This document shows positions 9,557-16,960 of a stretch of DNA of 64,000 nt, in pieces. The number at the start of each line of letters is the position of its first letter. Position 1 is the stretch's first letter. The translations under genes were made by a program, and so were the position numbers. Under the pieces are notes generated by a model. The model was not told where the DNA came from. It worked only from the letters and a program-made list of their open reading frames with translations, and made no database searches. The DNA is from a virus. The stretch is taken from IMG/VR virus record IMGVR_UViG_3300010354_015978, positions 46,676-110,675 of that record; one strand, given 5' to 3'.

Positions 9557-9633
9557 TGGCCCGGCCGGAGGGATTCGAACCCCCGACCGTGGGATTAGAA
9601 ATCCCATGCTCTATCCTACTGAGCTACGGCCGG
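9557..9633 (-). tRNA. tRNA-Arg(TCT)
   Basis: cloverleaf; loop TTTCTAA; CCA. Confidence 0.95.
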
Positions 9634-9636
9634 ACA

Positions 9637-9712
9637 TGGAGCGGGAGACGAGGCTTGAACTCGCGACATCCGGTTTGGAAGACCGGTGCTCTACCAACTG
9701 AGCTACTCCCGC
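9637..9712 (-). tRNA. tRNA-Gly(TCC)
   Basis: cloverleaf; loop CTTCCAA; U73; CCA. Confidence 0.95.
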
Positions 9713-9715
9713 GTA

Positions 9716-10186
9716 TTAGGCCACCATGGCGCGCTGCAAGCGATCAGCGGCGTAACTGGCCGCAAACGCATTGGGCTTGACCATGGGGATGACATTGCAG
9801 GTACCGCGTATGTAACCAATGGCCTGCTGTATCACGCAACTGCTGCCGTAGTGATCGTTGGGGTTGATGTCAAGATGCACTTCAACTTCACGATCAGCCA
9901 GCACCGGTGACAGTCTTTGATACATCTCACTGACACGATAAACTTCGTTCATGAGACGCATGCTGGGCCGGTCCACTCTCTGATCAAAGTCGCGCTCGCG
10001 CGAAACTTCGCCAAAAATTTTGCAACCGTTGTTGCCATTGACATGCACCACGATGGCCACGGTGTATTCCGCCCACCAGGTATGACGGAAACGATACCTG
10101 ACGCTATCAGCACCCAAGTACACCCTGGTGCCAGGTCCCTGTTGTTTAATGAAGTCCTGGACTTCTTGTAGGTTTATTTTTTGCAT
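9716..10186 (-). CDS. RNase H-like YkuK (DUF458) family protein
   Basis: YLGADS; RLMNEV; EVHLDIN; KPNAFAASYAADR. Confidence 0.85.
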   Translation of the reverse strand: MQKINLQEVQDFIKQQGPGTRVYLGADSVRYRFRHTWWAEYTVAIVVHVNGNNGCKIFGEVSRERDFDQRVDRPSMRLMNEVYRVSEMYQRLSPVLADREVEVHLDINPNDHYGSSCVIQQAIGYIRGTCNVIPMVKPNAFAASYAADRLQRAMVA

Positions 10187-10198
10187 AAGTCACTTGTT

Positions 10199-10780
10199 TT
10201 AATCCACGGTGTTGAGAGACGAGCTCTTGAACCCCACCATGCCGCCTTCCTGCTGGATGCGTTTGATGACATCTTCAAACAGTATGGGGCGATAGTCTGT
10301 GTGTTCCACGCACACACAATGATATCTAGTGTCAATCACCGGCTGGGCACCGGCATATTTGGCTCGCATCACGCGCCGGTAGTGCAGGTGACCGTGTATG
10401 TTACAGCCAAAGCGTCCCAGGCTTTCTTCATGCACCGGCACATGGCTCAATATCATGCCGTTCATGACATGGTAGCTGCGGATGTCGCGGAAGTGCGCAG
10501 CATAGTCATTGAGCTTGAAGATGTCATGGTTGCCCTTGATCAAGACCTTGTCGCCCTTGAGACGGCGCAGGATGTTGAGACTGCGTCGATTGATCACGAC
10601 ATCGCCGAGATGATACACTTTGTCATTGGGGCGCACGGTTTCGTTCCAACGCTGCACCATGGCTTCGTCCATTTCTTCAACGTCGTCCCAGGGGCGCAGT
10701 TTGCTACCGTCATCCCGGGTGAATCTGCAGACGCCGGTATGGCCAAAGTGAGTGTCACTGACCAGATATACCGCGGGCAT
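10199..10780 (-). CDS. calcineurin-like metallophosphoesterase
   Basis: SDTHFGH; HLGD; GNHD; HGHLH. Confidence 0.93.
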   Translation of the reverse strand: MPAVYLVSDTHFGHTGVCRFTRDDGSKLRPWDDVEEMDEAMVQRWNETVRPNDKVYHLGDVVINRRSLNILRRLKGDKVLIKGNHDIFKLNDYAAHFRDIRSYHVMNGMILSHVPVHEESLGRFGCNIHGHLHYRRVMRAKYAGAQPVIDTRYHCVCVEHTDYRPILFEDVIKRIQQEGGMVGFKSSSLNTVD

Positions 10781-10791
10781 GATAGTTCTCC

Positions 10792-11388
10792 TTATATGAG
10801 TTTGTGCGCAGCCACCATGAACCAGGCCGGGATGTTGTGCCCCGGCACTGGCATCTGTACGCTGCGAATGCTTTCTATGTCAAGATGTGGTTGCACAGCA
10901 TCCGCTATGTCAGCAAGACTGCGGTGACTGAGCTTGGGATCATCGCGGCGTCTTTGCTCGGTGCAGTCTACCACGCTGATGTATCTACCATGTGGTGCAA
11001 GATGCCGTGCTGCCGCGGCCACCAAGGCACTGCGGTCCTGACTGCGATTCAACACCACCATGACTCCGCGTTCAAACACCACGTCAAACTTGCCAAGATC
11101 CACACCGGGATCCAGTATGTCCGCATGTCGGAAATCTATGTTGGGCCAAGATGCACGACATTGTTGTATGATGTAATCGCTGATGTCCACGGCCACTACA
11201 TCATGTCCCTGTGATTCTAACCAGGCCGCATTGTAGCCTTGTCCGCAACCAATCTCCAGAACACGCAGGAAACGCTGTGGCTGCGATGAGAGCCATGCTT
11301 CTAGGTCAGCATCATGCACATGGTGCATCCATGCCGCTGACATCTGCTGCCACTGTTGATTCCAAAATTGTTGTAAAGGTTTGTCCAT
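10792..11388 (-). CDS. class I SAM-dependent methyltransferase
   Basis: VLEIGCGQG; VAVDIS; FDVVFE. Start uncertain. Confidence 0.9.
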   Translation of the reverse strand: MDKPLQQFWNQQWQQMSAAWMHHVHDADLEAWLSSQPQRFLRVLEIGCGQGYNAAWLESQGHDVVAVDISDYIIQQCRASWPNIDFRHADILDPGVDLGKFDVVFERGVMVVLNRSQDRSALVAAAARHLAPHGRYISVVDCTEQRRRDDPKLSHRSLADIADAVQPHLDIESIRSVQMPVPGHNIPAWFMVAAHKLI

Positions 11389-11597
11389 AGCAAAGGTCAC
11401 TGTCCTGTGTTTAAGAGCCAGGTGTGTTGGCCAGGGCTACCTGCCCTGCACCCAGCTCTCCTGATCATGCTTATTCCAGAAGCCATCCGGATACCACCCA
11501 ATTGGGTCGCAGTGGATCGTGGATCGGTTGCTCCCCTGACAGTTGGGGTATTGCTGGCGAAGCGGTCTTTCGCTCACGACCTTTGCTATGGTCACAC
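11385..11597 (-). ncRNA. candidate structured RNA closed by a 14-bp perfect stem
   Basis: CCATAGCAAAGGTC (11591-11578) pairs with GACCTTTGCTATGG (11398-11385); internal hairpins. Confidence 0.6.
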
Positions 11598-11608
11598 GTA
11601 ATTATAAC

Positions 11609-11700
11609 TGGTACCCCGGGCCGGAGTCGAACCGACATTGGCCAATTATCTGTTGCACACGGGATATAAATCCGCTGTTTTACCATTAAACTACCGGGGC
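11609..11700 (-). tRNA. atypical tRNA, anticodon TAT (Ile), 22-nt variable region
   Basis: GCCCCGG acceptor; D arm; loop TTTATAT; long V region; GGTTCGACTCC T-arm; ACCA. Confidence 0.85.
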
Positions 11701-11706
11701 ATGTCA

Positions 11707-11784
11707 TGGAGCATCGGGTGAGATTCGAACTCACGAATCGACGGCTTTGCAGGCCGCGCCATTGGACCACTCTGGTACCGATGC
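11707..11784 (-). tRNA. tRNA-Cys(GCA)
   Basis: loop CTGCAAA; U73; CCA. Confidence 0.92.
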
Positions 11785-11789
11785 ATGAT

Positions 11790-11864
11790 TGGAGCGGACG
11801 GAGGGATTCGAACCCTCGACATTCACGTTGGCAACGTGACATTCTACCACTGAATTACGCCCGC
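11790..11864 (-). tRNA. tRNA-Gly(GCC)
   Basis: loop TTGCCAA; CCA. Confidence 0.95.
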
Positions 11865-11865
11865 T

Positions 11866-11873
11866 TATAAATA
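11866..11873 (+). promoter_or_regulatory. T4-type late promoter TATAAATA
   Basis: exact TATAAATA 4 nt before ATG 11878. Confidence 0.7.
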
Positions 11874-11877
11874 TCCT

Positions 11878-12465
11878 ATGTTTCAATTCTTCACTAATGG
11901 TCGTTTGGCTTGGTTGCGTGTCCTGAAAAATGCCAGTTCTAGTTATGCTCGTGTGTTCGAAGATCTGGACTGGGAATTACACGATCTCTACAAAACCAAA
12001 ATTGATACTGACTCTCTGACTTGGTTTGGTCTACTACGCGATCCCAATGTAAGACACAGCATGGGCATCGTGCAGTATCTCATGGAGCAAAGCCTTCAGG
12101 CCTGTCTAGATGAACCACTGTGTCATCCCTTGCTGACATCGGCCTGCTTGGATGCACATAGCATGCCCATCACGGCCCAGATACCCGAAAGCATCGTGCA
12201 TCGGGCACACTGGTTTGTGCTGGACCATCCTACGTACGATCATGAGCGACTGTTGAGAAATTTTCTAAGAACTCACAAATTTGAACTGCCACCGGTGCCA
12301 CGCATACACGAAAGTACCGCGGAAAAACGACAAATGCAGCAGCGCATCGAAGATCTCAAAAAAGCCAATACCATGGCCTGGTACAAACTACAGATGGTGT
12401 TGGGTGCAGATCTCAAGCTCTATCGACACAGACTGCAGATGCAGCATCTATACGATACGCCATGA
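11878..12465 (+). CDS. sulfotransferase-like protein
   Basis: 5'-PSB-like RVLKNASSS and 3'-PB-like LLRDPNVR.S. Confidence 0.65.
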   Translation: MFQFFTNGRLAWLRVLKNASSSYARVFEDLDWELHDLYKTKIDTDSLTWFGLLRDPNVRHSMGIVQYLMEQSLQACLDEPLCHPLLTSACLDAHSMPITAQIPESIVHRAHWFVLDHPTYDHERLLRNFLRTHKFELPPVPRIHESTAEKRQMQQRIEDLKKANTMAWYKLQMVLGADLKLYRHRLQMQHLYDTP

Positions 12466-12467
12466 AC

Positions 12468-12559
12468 TGGCGGTGAGTGTTGGATTCGAACCAACGGACC
12501 CGGTTGCCCAGATCGACAGGTTAGCAACCTGCTGCTTTCGACCACTCAGCCAACTCACC
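12468..12559 (-). tRNA. tRNA-Ser(GCT)
   Basis: loop TTGCTAA; long V arm; G73; CCA. Confidence 0.95.
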
Positions 12560-12561
12560 TT

Positions 12562-12666
12562 TTATTCGTCTTTGTTGCGCCACGGCCACCACATGTAAGC
12601 GGTACAGGCCGCTGCGGCGATTGTAAATGCCAAGATACCAACGATGTTTGCTGCTATGAATTCCAC
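12562..12666 (-). CDS. 34-aa single-TM peptide MEFIAANIVGILAFTIAAAACTAYMWWPWRNKDE
   Basis: GTG start; hydrophobic segment plus charged tail; fills the inter-tRNA gap. Confidence 0.5.
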   Translation of the reverse strand: MEFIAANIVGILAFTIAAAACTAYMWWPWRNKDE

Positions 12667-12687
12667 TGTTCTACTCTCTCTGTTGTA

Positions 12688-12762
12688 TGGTGCCGGCGGA
12701 GAGATTTGAACTCCCGACCAACGGTTTACAAAACCGCTGCACTACCACTGTGCTACGCCGGC
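12688..12762 (-). tRNA. tRNA-Thr(TGT)
   Basis: loop TTTGTAA; CCA. Confidence 0.95.
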
Positions 12763-12809
12763 GCGATTTGATTATTATATAGCAAGGCATATGGCCTTGC
12801 AATGCTATC

Positions 12810-12902
12810 TGGCGGAAAAGGTGAGACTCGAACTCACACACTCCTGTCGGAGCCTTCGGTTTTCAAGACCGCTGCCGCTAGTCCAACTCGGCTAACTTTT
12901 CC
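12810..12902 (-). tRNA. tRNA-Ser(TGA)
   Basis: loop CTTGAAA; long V arm; G73; CCA. Confidence 0.93.
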
Positions 12903-13009
12903 AAGATCCGGTTACCCAGTCCGGAGCAGGCGTTAGGTCCCTGCGGCGCCTCAGTTCACCCATCCCGATGCCATGCCAAGCAGAGAGCCAGCCGGACGTT
13001 CGCTGTGTA

Positions 13010-13084
13010 TGGTGCTGATGAGTGGGATCGAACCACCGGCTTCCTCCTTACCAAGGAGGTACTCTACCACTGAGTTACATCAGC
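13010..13084 (-). tRNA. tRNA-Thr(GGT)
   Basis: loop TTGGTAA; CCA. Confidence 0.95.
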
Positions 13085-14639
13085 GTTGTTGTCTTGCCTG
13101 TTGCCAGACTATGTCTTTGTATTGCCTGGCCATGCGCCACTTGCGACGCACGATGTCGTCCCAGGGCAGTTGATCATAAGGAACACGGAACTGCTGTAGG
13201 TCATCGTAGCCCAGGCCCATGAATGTCCAGACCTGGTTGCTGGTGGGTCTGCGCACCACGCCAAAGTTGGCTTTGTCGCTGAGTTCACAGGCGCGGTAAA
13301 AGTCCATGTGATCGTTTTCCCAGTACAGCACGTTGGGATTGTCCTCGCAGGGACGGATGTTGCGATAGCCGTACTTTTCGGGATTGAGCTCTATCTTGCT
13401 GGGATAGAGATTGTATCCACGGTAGAGGTAGAACGCCGGCATGGCATAACTGTCCAAGGGGTTTTCGCTGCTGCGCAACCACTCTATGGTCTGTTCTAGG
13501 CTTTCCTGTGTCTCGTGTGGCAGGCCTGCTATGAGACTGGCACTGAGCATGGTCTTGGGCCAGCGATGCCGGAGTTCTTGCAGTCCCGCCGTGATGCGTT
13601 CGCGATCGGCACTCTTGCCAATGGCGCTGCCGGTGCGTTTGTTGAGGCTCTCGATACCAAAGTGCGTGGCTCTGCATCCGCTTTCGTAGATCATGTCCAT
13701 CTGATCACGGTGTGCCACGATGAGGTCCAGTCTTAGATAGGCCCAGTACTCCAGCTCAAATGGCAGCGCACGACTGAGATCCAACATGTACTGCACCTTC
13801 TCTCGGCTGTCGTTGAAGGTGTCATCCAAGAGATAGTATCGCGTGATGCCATAGCGTTCGTAGTTTTCCACCATCTCGCGATACAAGAGATCGTGTCGCT
13901 TGATGTAGTCCAGTTTGTTCTTGCCATTGAGCGGATAACTGCAAAATGCGCAGTGGAAGATGCATCCACGCGACACTTCTATGGGCAGGCTTTCGCCGGG
14001 CAAGACACCATCATAGGGCCGGTAACTCATGGTGGAGTTCACAAAGTCATATGACTCGGCCCGGCGATCATCTATGATGGTCGGACCCCAGATGCTGCGC
14101 TGCCGTTTGGGCAGCCTGATGCCTTGGCTGAGGTGTTGTGCCAGCCATACTATGCTGAGGTCAGCGTAGCCTGGTATCACGTAGTCATAATCGCGATTGA
14201 AATCGCTGTCGTGTGCCAGGGGACCGCCCAACACAAACTTGACTCTGGGATTGATACCATGTACATGGGCTTTGAGCTGTTGGTTGTATTGATGTCCGTG
14301 TGGCAGCATGGCGCCGTTCATGCGGCTCATGCTGTGGCTCAACACCATGTCGCGATCTCGGGGCTCTGCGATGCTGTAGTCAAACTGCCGTATCTCGCGG
14401 TAAAACATGGGATTGAACCCAATGAACAAGGTCTGGTCGCTGACCAGTCCCGACAGGATGTCAAAGATTTCCTCGGGAGCGAACACATGAGCGTGGTGCA
14501 GCACGAACACTTCAAACCCAGCCTGCCGGAGCTCATAGGCCACTTTGTAGGGCCCGTAACTCTTGGTCAGTCCGTATGTTTCAGTGATGTCCGAGATGAA
14601 AATTACGTTGGGGCGACTGTTGTCGAACCATTCGTTCAT
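13080..14639 (-). CDS. B12-binding-type radical SAM protein
   Basis: EVSRGCIFHCAFC; DDTFN; FGIES; IAGLPHET. Confidence 0.9.
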   Translation of the reverse strand: MNEWFDNSRPNVIFISDITETYGLTKSYGPYKVAYELRQAGFEVFVLHHAHVFAPEEIFDILSGLVSDQTLFIGFNPMFYREIRQFDYSIAEPRDRDMVLSHSMSRMNGAMLPHGHQYNQQLKAHVHGINPRVKFVLGGPLAHDSDFNRDYDYVIPGYADLSIVWLAQHLSQGIRLPKRQRSIWGPTIIDDRRAESYDFVNSTMSYRPYDGVLPGESLPIEVSRGCIFHCAFCSYPLNGKNKLDYIKRHDLLYREMVENYERYGITRYYLLDDTFNDSREKVQYMLDLSRALPFELEYWAYLRLDLIVAHRDQMDMIYESGCRATHFGIESLNKRTGSAIGKSADRERITAGLQELRHRWPKTMLSASLIAGLPHETQESLEQTIEWLRSSENPLDSYAMPAFYLYRGYNLYPSKIELNPEKYGYRNIRPCEDNPNVLYWENDHMDFYRACELSDKANFGVVRRPTSNQVWTFMGLGYDDLQQFRVPYDQLPWDDIVRRKWRMARQYKDIVWQQARQQR

Positions 14640-14655
14640 GTCATTATATATGCAT

Positions 14656-14733
14656 TGGTGGTGATGGGTGGGATCGAACCACCGACCTTGGGGTTATGAA
14701 TCCCACGCTCTGACCGGACTGAGCTACATCACC
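14656..14733 (-). tRNA. tRNA-Met(CAT) (elongator-type; Ile2 not excluded)
   Basis: loop TTCATAA; paired 1:72; CCA. Confidence 0.9.
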
Positions 14734-14738
14734 GGAAG

Positions 14739-14814
14739 TGGTACGGGCAGAGGGATTCGAACCCACGACCAACAGATTAAAAGTCTGCTGCTCTACCGAC
14801 TGAGCTATGCCCGC
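14739..14814 (-). tRNA. tRNA-Lys(TTT)
   Basis: loop CTTTTAA; CCA. Confidence 0.95.
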
Positions 14815-14815
14815 A

Positions 14816-14878
14816 TCAAAGACGTCGCATCACGATGAACAACATCACGAAAATTACCAAGATGACAAAGGCAGCCAT
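14816..14878 (-). CDS. 20-aa hydrophobic peptide MAAFVILVIFVMLFIVMRRL
   Basis: AGGAG RBS; fills the gap between two tRNAs. Confidence 0.55.
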   Translation of the reverse strand: MAAFVILVIFVMLFIVMRRL

Positions 14879-14893
14879 GATGTTCTCCTAGAT

Positions 14894-14969
14894 TGGTGCC
14901 TGGTGCTGGATTCGAACCAGCGACCCGCGCCTTATCAAGACGCTGCTCTACCAACTGAGCTAACCGGGC
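14894..14969 (-). tRNA. tRNA-Ile(GAT)
   Basis: loop TTGATAA; CCA. Confidence 0.95.
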
Positions 14970-14970
14970 A

Positions 14971-15047
14971 TGGGGTGACTGGTGGGAATCGAACCCACGA
15001 ATGTCGGGATCACAACCCGAGGCCTTGACCGCTTGGCTACAGCCACC
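14971..15047 (-). tRNA. tRNA-His(GTG)
   Basis: loop TTGTGAT; G-1:C73; CCA. Confidence 0.95.
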
Positions 15048-15054
15048 ATGGACA

Positions 15055-15131
15055 TGGTCTCTGTGACAGGATTTGAACCTGCGACCCCTTGCACCCCATG
15101 CAAGTGCGCTACCAGTCTGCGCCACACAGAG
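15055..15131 (-). tRNA. tRNA-Pro(GGG)
   Basis: loop ATGGGGT; C1:G72; CCA. Confidence 0.95.
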
Positions 15132-15275
15132 AAAAAAGAAATAGTAGGGGTTGAAGAAATCTGGTTCGTCTCTGGCACCTCGAGTATGCCTTGACCCTTG
15201 ATACTCCCATCGCTGTGCGACAAACCTTACACCAGAAGGTAGGGCGGGAAATTCTATTTATAACTGACAATAAAA

Positions 15276-15352
15276 TGGTGCCCCAGAGGAGACTCGAACT
15301 CCTAAAATTTGGCTTCTAAGACCAACACGTATACCAATTCCGTCACCGGGGC
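15276..15352 (-). tRNA. tRNA-Leu(TAG) with short variable loop
   Basis: Leu-type D arm GACGGAATTGGTATAC; loop CTTAGAA; 77 nt; A73. Confidence 0.9.
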
Positions 15353-15362
15353 GATATCAAAA

Positions 15363-15437
15363 TGGTGGAGGATGAGAGAATCGAACTCTCAACTCTGCGA
15401 TGCAAACGCAGCGTGTTCCCATTAGCACTAATCCCCC
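15363..15437 (-). tRNA. tRNA-Ala(TGC)
   Basis: loop TTTGCAT; G3:U70; CCA. Confidence 0.95.
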
Positions 15438-15441
15438 AAAC

Positions 15442-15518
15442 TGGCGACCCGTACCGGACTTGAACCGGTGGCCTCATGCGTGACAGGCATGCGATCTAAC
15501 CAACTGATCTAACGGGCC
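15442..15518 (-). tRNA. tRNA-Asp(GTC)
   Basis: loop CTGTCAC; G73; CCA. Confidence 0.95.
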
Positions 15519-15532
15519 AAATAAATATCTAC

Positions 15533-15709
15533 ATGGAAGTCGCAAAACTGCTGCCTGAGTACGTGCCTTTGATTGATACGCAGACGGCACGGGCAACCAA
15601 TACCGCTGTCAGCACAGCCGCTAGTCTACTGGTCATGACGCCGCAAGAAATACAACAAAATCTCGAGCGTTGGCGCGAGCACAATGAACGCATCCATGTA
15701 GTGGTGTAA
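15533..15709 (+). CDS. 58-aa hypothetical protein MEVAKLLPEYVPLID... (not in ORF track)
   Basis: open frame preceded by ATAAATA late-promoter motif. Confidence 0.55.
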   Translation: MEVAKLLPEYVPLIDTQTARATNTAVSTAASLLVMTPQEIQQNLERWREHNERIHVVV

Positions 15710-15915
15710 GGCGTGGGCTATCGTTCGCGTATTGGCCGCTACTAGATTGTTGTCAGCCATACCCCCACGCAGCATGGCCTAGTCCGTTACACCTCATGTA
15801 CAGTCGCGTGATACCCGAACGGACAATCTCTCTCACGCCTGCGATGTTGCGTCATGCCCGCTGTAAAAAAATAAGGCGGGGAGCCTCCGGTGATAGCCCT
15901 CCCATAACATCGTAA
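15709..15915 (-). ncRNA. candidate structured RNA(s): two consecutive closed domains
   Basis: AGGCGTG/CACGCCT and CGATGTT/AACATCG closing stems; inner GTCCGTT/AACGGAC. Confidence 0.5.
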
Positions 15916-15931
15916 GGTAGGAAGGCATTGT

Positions 15932-16006
<75 letters not shown>

Positions 16007-16011
16007 AAATG

Positions 16012-16086
16012 TGGTGAACCCAAGGGAATTCGAATCCCTATTCTCACCGTGAAAGGGTGATGTCCTAACCGTTAGACGATGGGTCC
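16012..16086 (-). tRNA. tRNA-Glu(TTC)
   Basis: loop CTTTCAC; CCA. Confidence 0.95.
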
Positions 16087-16095
16087 ATGATTGAA

Positions 16096-16275
16096 TTTGC
16101 TGACGGCCCAGCGCCACATCCATCGCTGGCATTTGACCTGTAAAACAAGACCGGTCAGGTGTGTGGTACGCAGTGCCAGCAGATACTTGGGAGCCTCTCT
16201 CACGTTCAGACCTCGCTGTACCCTCTCTCGCCATGTGCCCATGGCGGATTTCTCTGCATCTGCACCGTCAACAAA
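16096..16275 (-). ncRNA. candidate ~180-nt multi-branched RNA
   Basis: TTTGTTGACGG/CCGTCAGCAAA closing stem; CGCCATG/CATGGCG; GCTGGCA/TGCCAGC; TGACC/GGTCA. Confidence 0.6.
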
Positions 16276-16278
16276 ACT

Positions 16279-16364
16279 TGGTGGGAAAGGAAGGATTCGA
16301 ACCTACTCAGCCTATGGCGCCAGATTTACAGTCTGGTGTGACTCTCCAACTTCACCGCTTGCCC
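16279..16364 (-). tRNA. tRNA-Tyr(GTA)
   Basis: loop CTGTAAA; V arm; CCA. Confidence 0.95.
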
Positions 16365-16368
16365 TTAA

Positions 16369-16466
16369 TTACTATATTGAAGCACTCTCTGTTATTTTTC
16401 GCAGAACTCACCTAAGAGTCGCCATCCAAACACTGTAATACAGTTGAGAGTGCTTCAATATAGTAA
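16369..16466 (-). repeat. 21-bp perfect inverted repeat hairpin (ATATTGAAGC family), copy A
   Basis: ttactatattgaagcactctc ... gagagtgcttcaatatagtaa. Confidence 0.9.
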
Positions 16467-16800
16467 GGTGCTTCCCCCTGCTGGCGGTAATTATAGCGCA
16501 TCAAGCATTGGGCTCTTCCTTACGGGTCCCAATACCATCACACACGCCTTCCACCCGCTTCCCAACACAGGGAGATTCTCGCATTGCCAGCGCCCTTCTC
16601 TGCCTAAGGGTAAGGTCCTGTGAGTCATGGTCTCACTTCTCATCGTGCGGACGCACACTATCCGATTATGAGTCGGAACGTTGGGATCACCGTTATGGAC
16701 AGCAATCTCCCTGCTGCCGTTTGCGCTCTAGGACTTGTCCGGAATTTCGTCTCTTCGAGCACACTGGGCTGGTTATGGTGGTCACAGCCATTTTCCGGTG
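16467..16800 (-). ncRNA. candidate ~330-nt ornate structured RNA (GOLLD-like?)
   Basis: at least 8 stems, a 10-bp long-range pairing and an isolated CAT anticodon-like arm; no credible ORF. Confidence 0.65.
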
Positions 16801-16805
16801 AATAC

Positions 16806-16881
<76 letters not shown>

Positions 16882-16889
16882 ATGAATTT

Positions 16890-16960
16890 CCATATTGAAG
16901 CACACTCACGGCTCTAAACCGCTGAACAATACTGTGCTGATAGAATGCGCTTCAATATGG
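16890..16960 (-). repeat. ATATTGAAGC-family hairpin, copy B
   Basis: CCATATTGAAGCGCATTC/GAGTGTGCTTCAATATGG, 18 bp with 2 G:U pairs on the minus strand. Confidence 0.85.
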
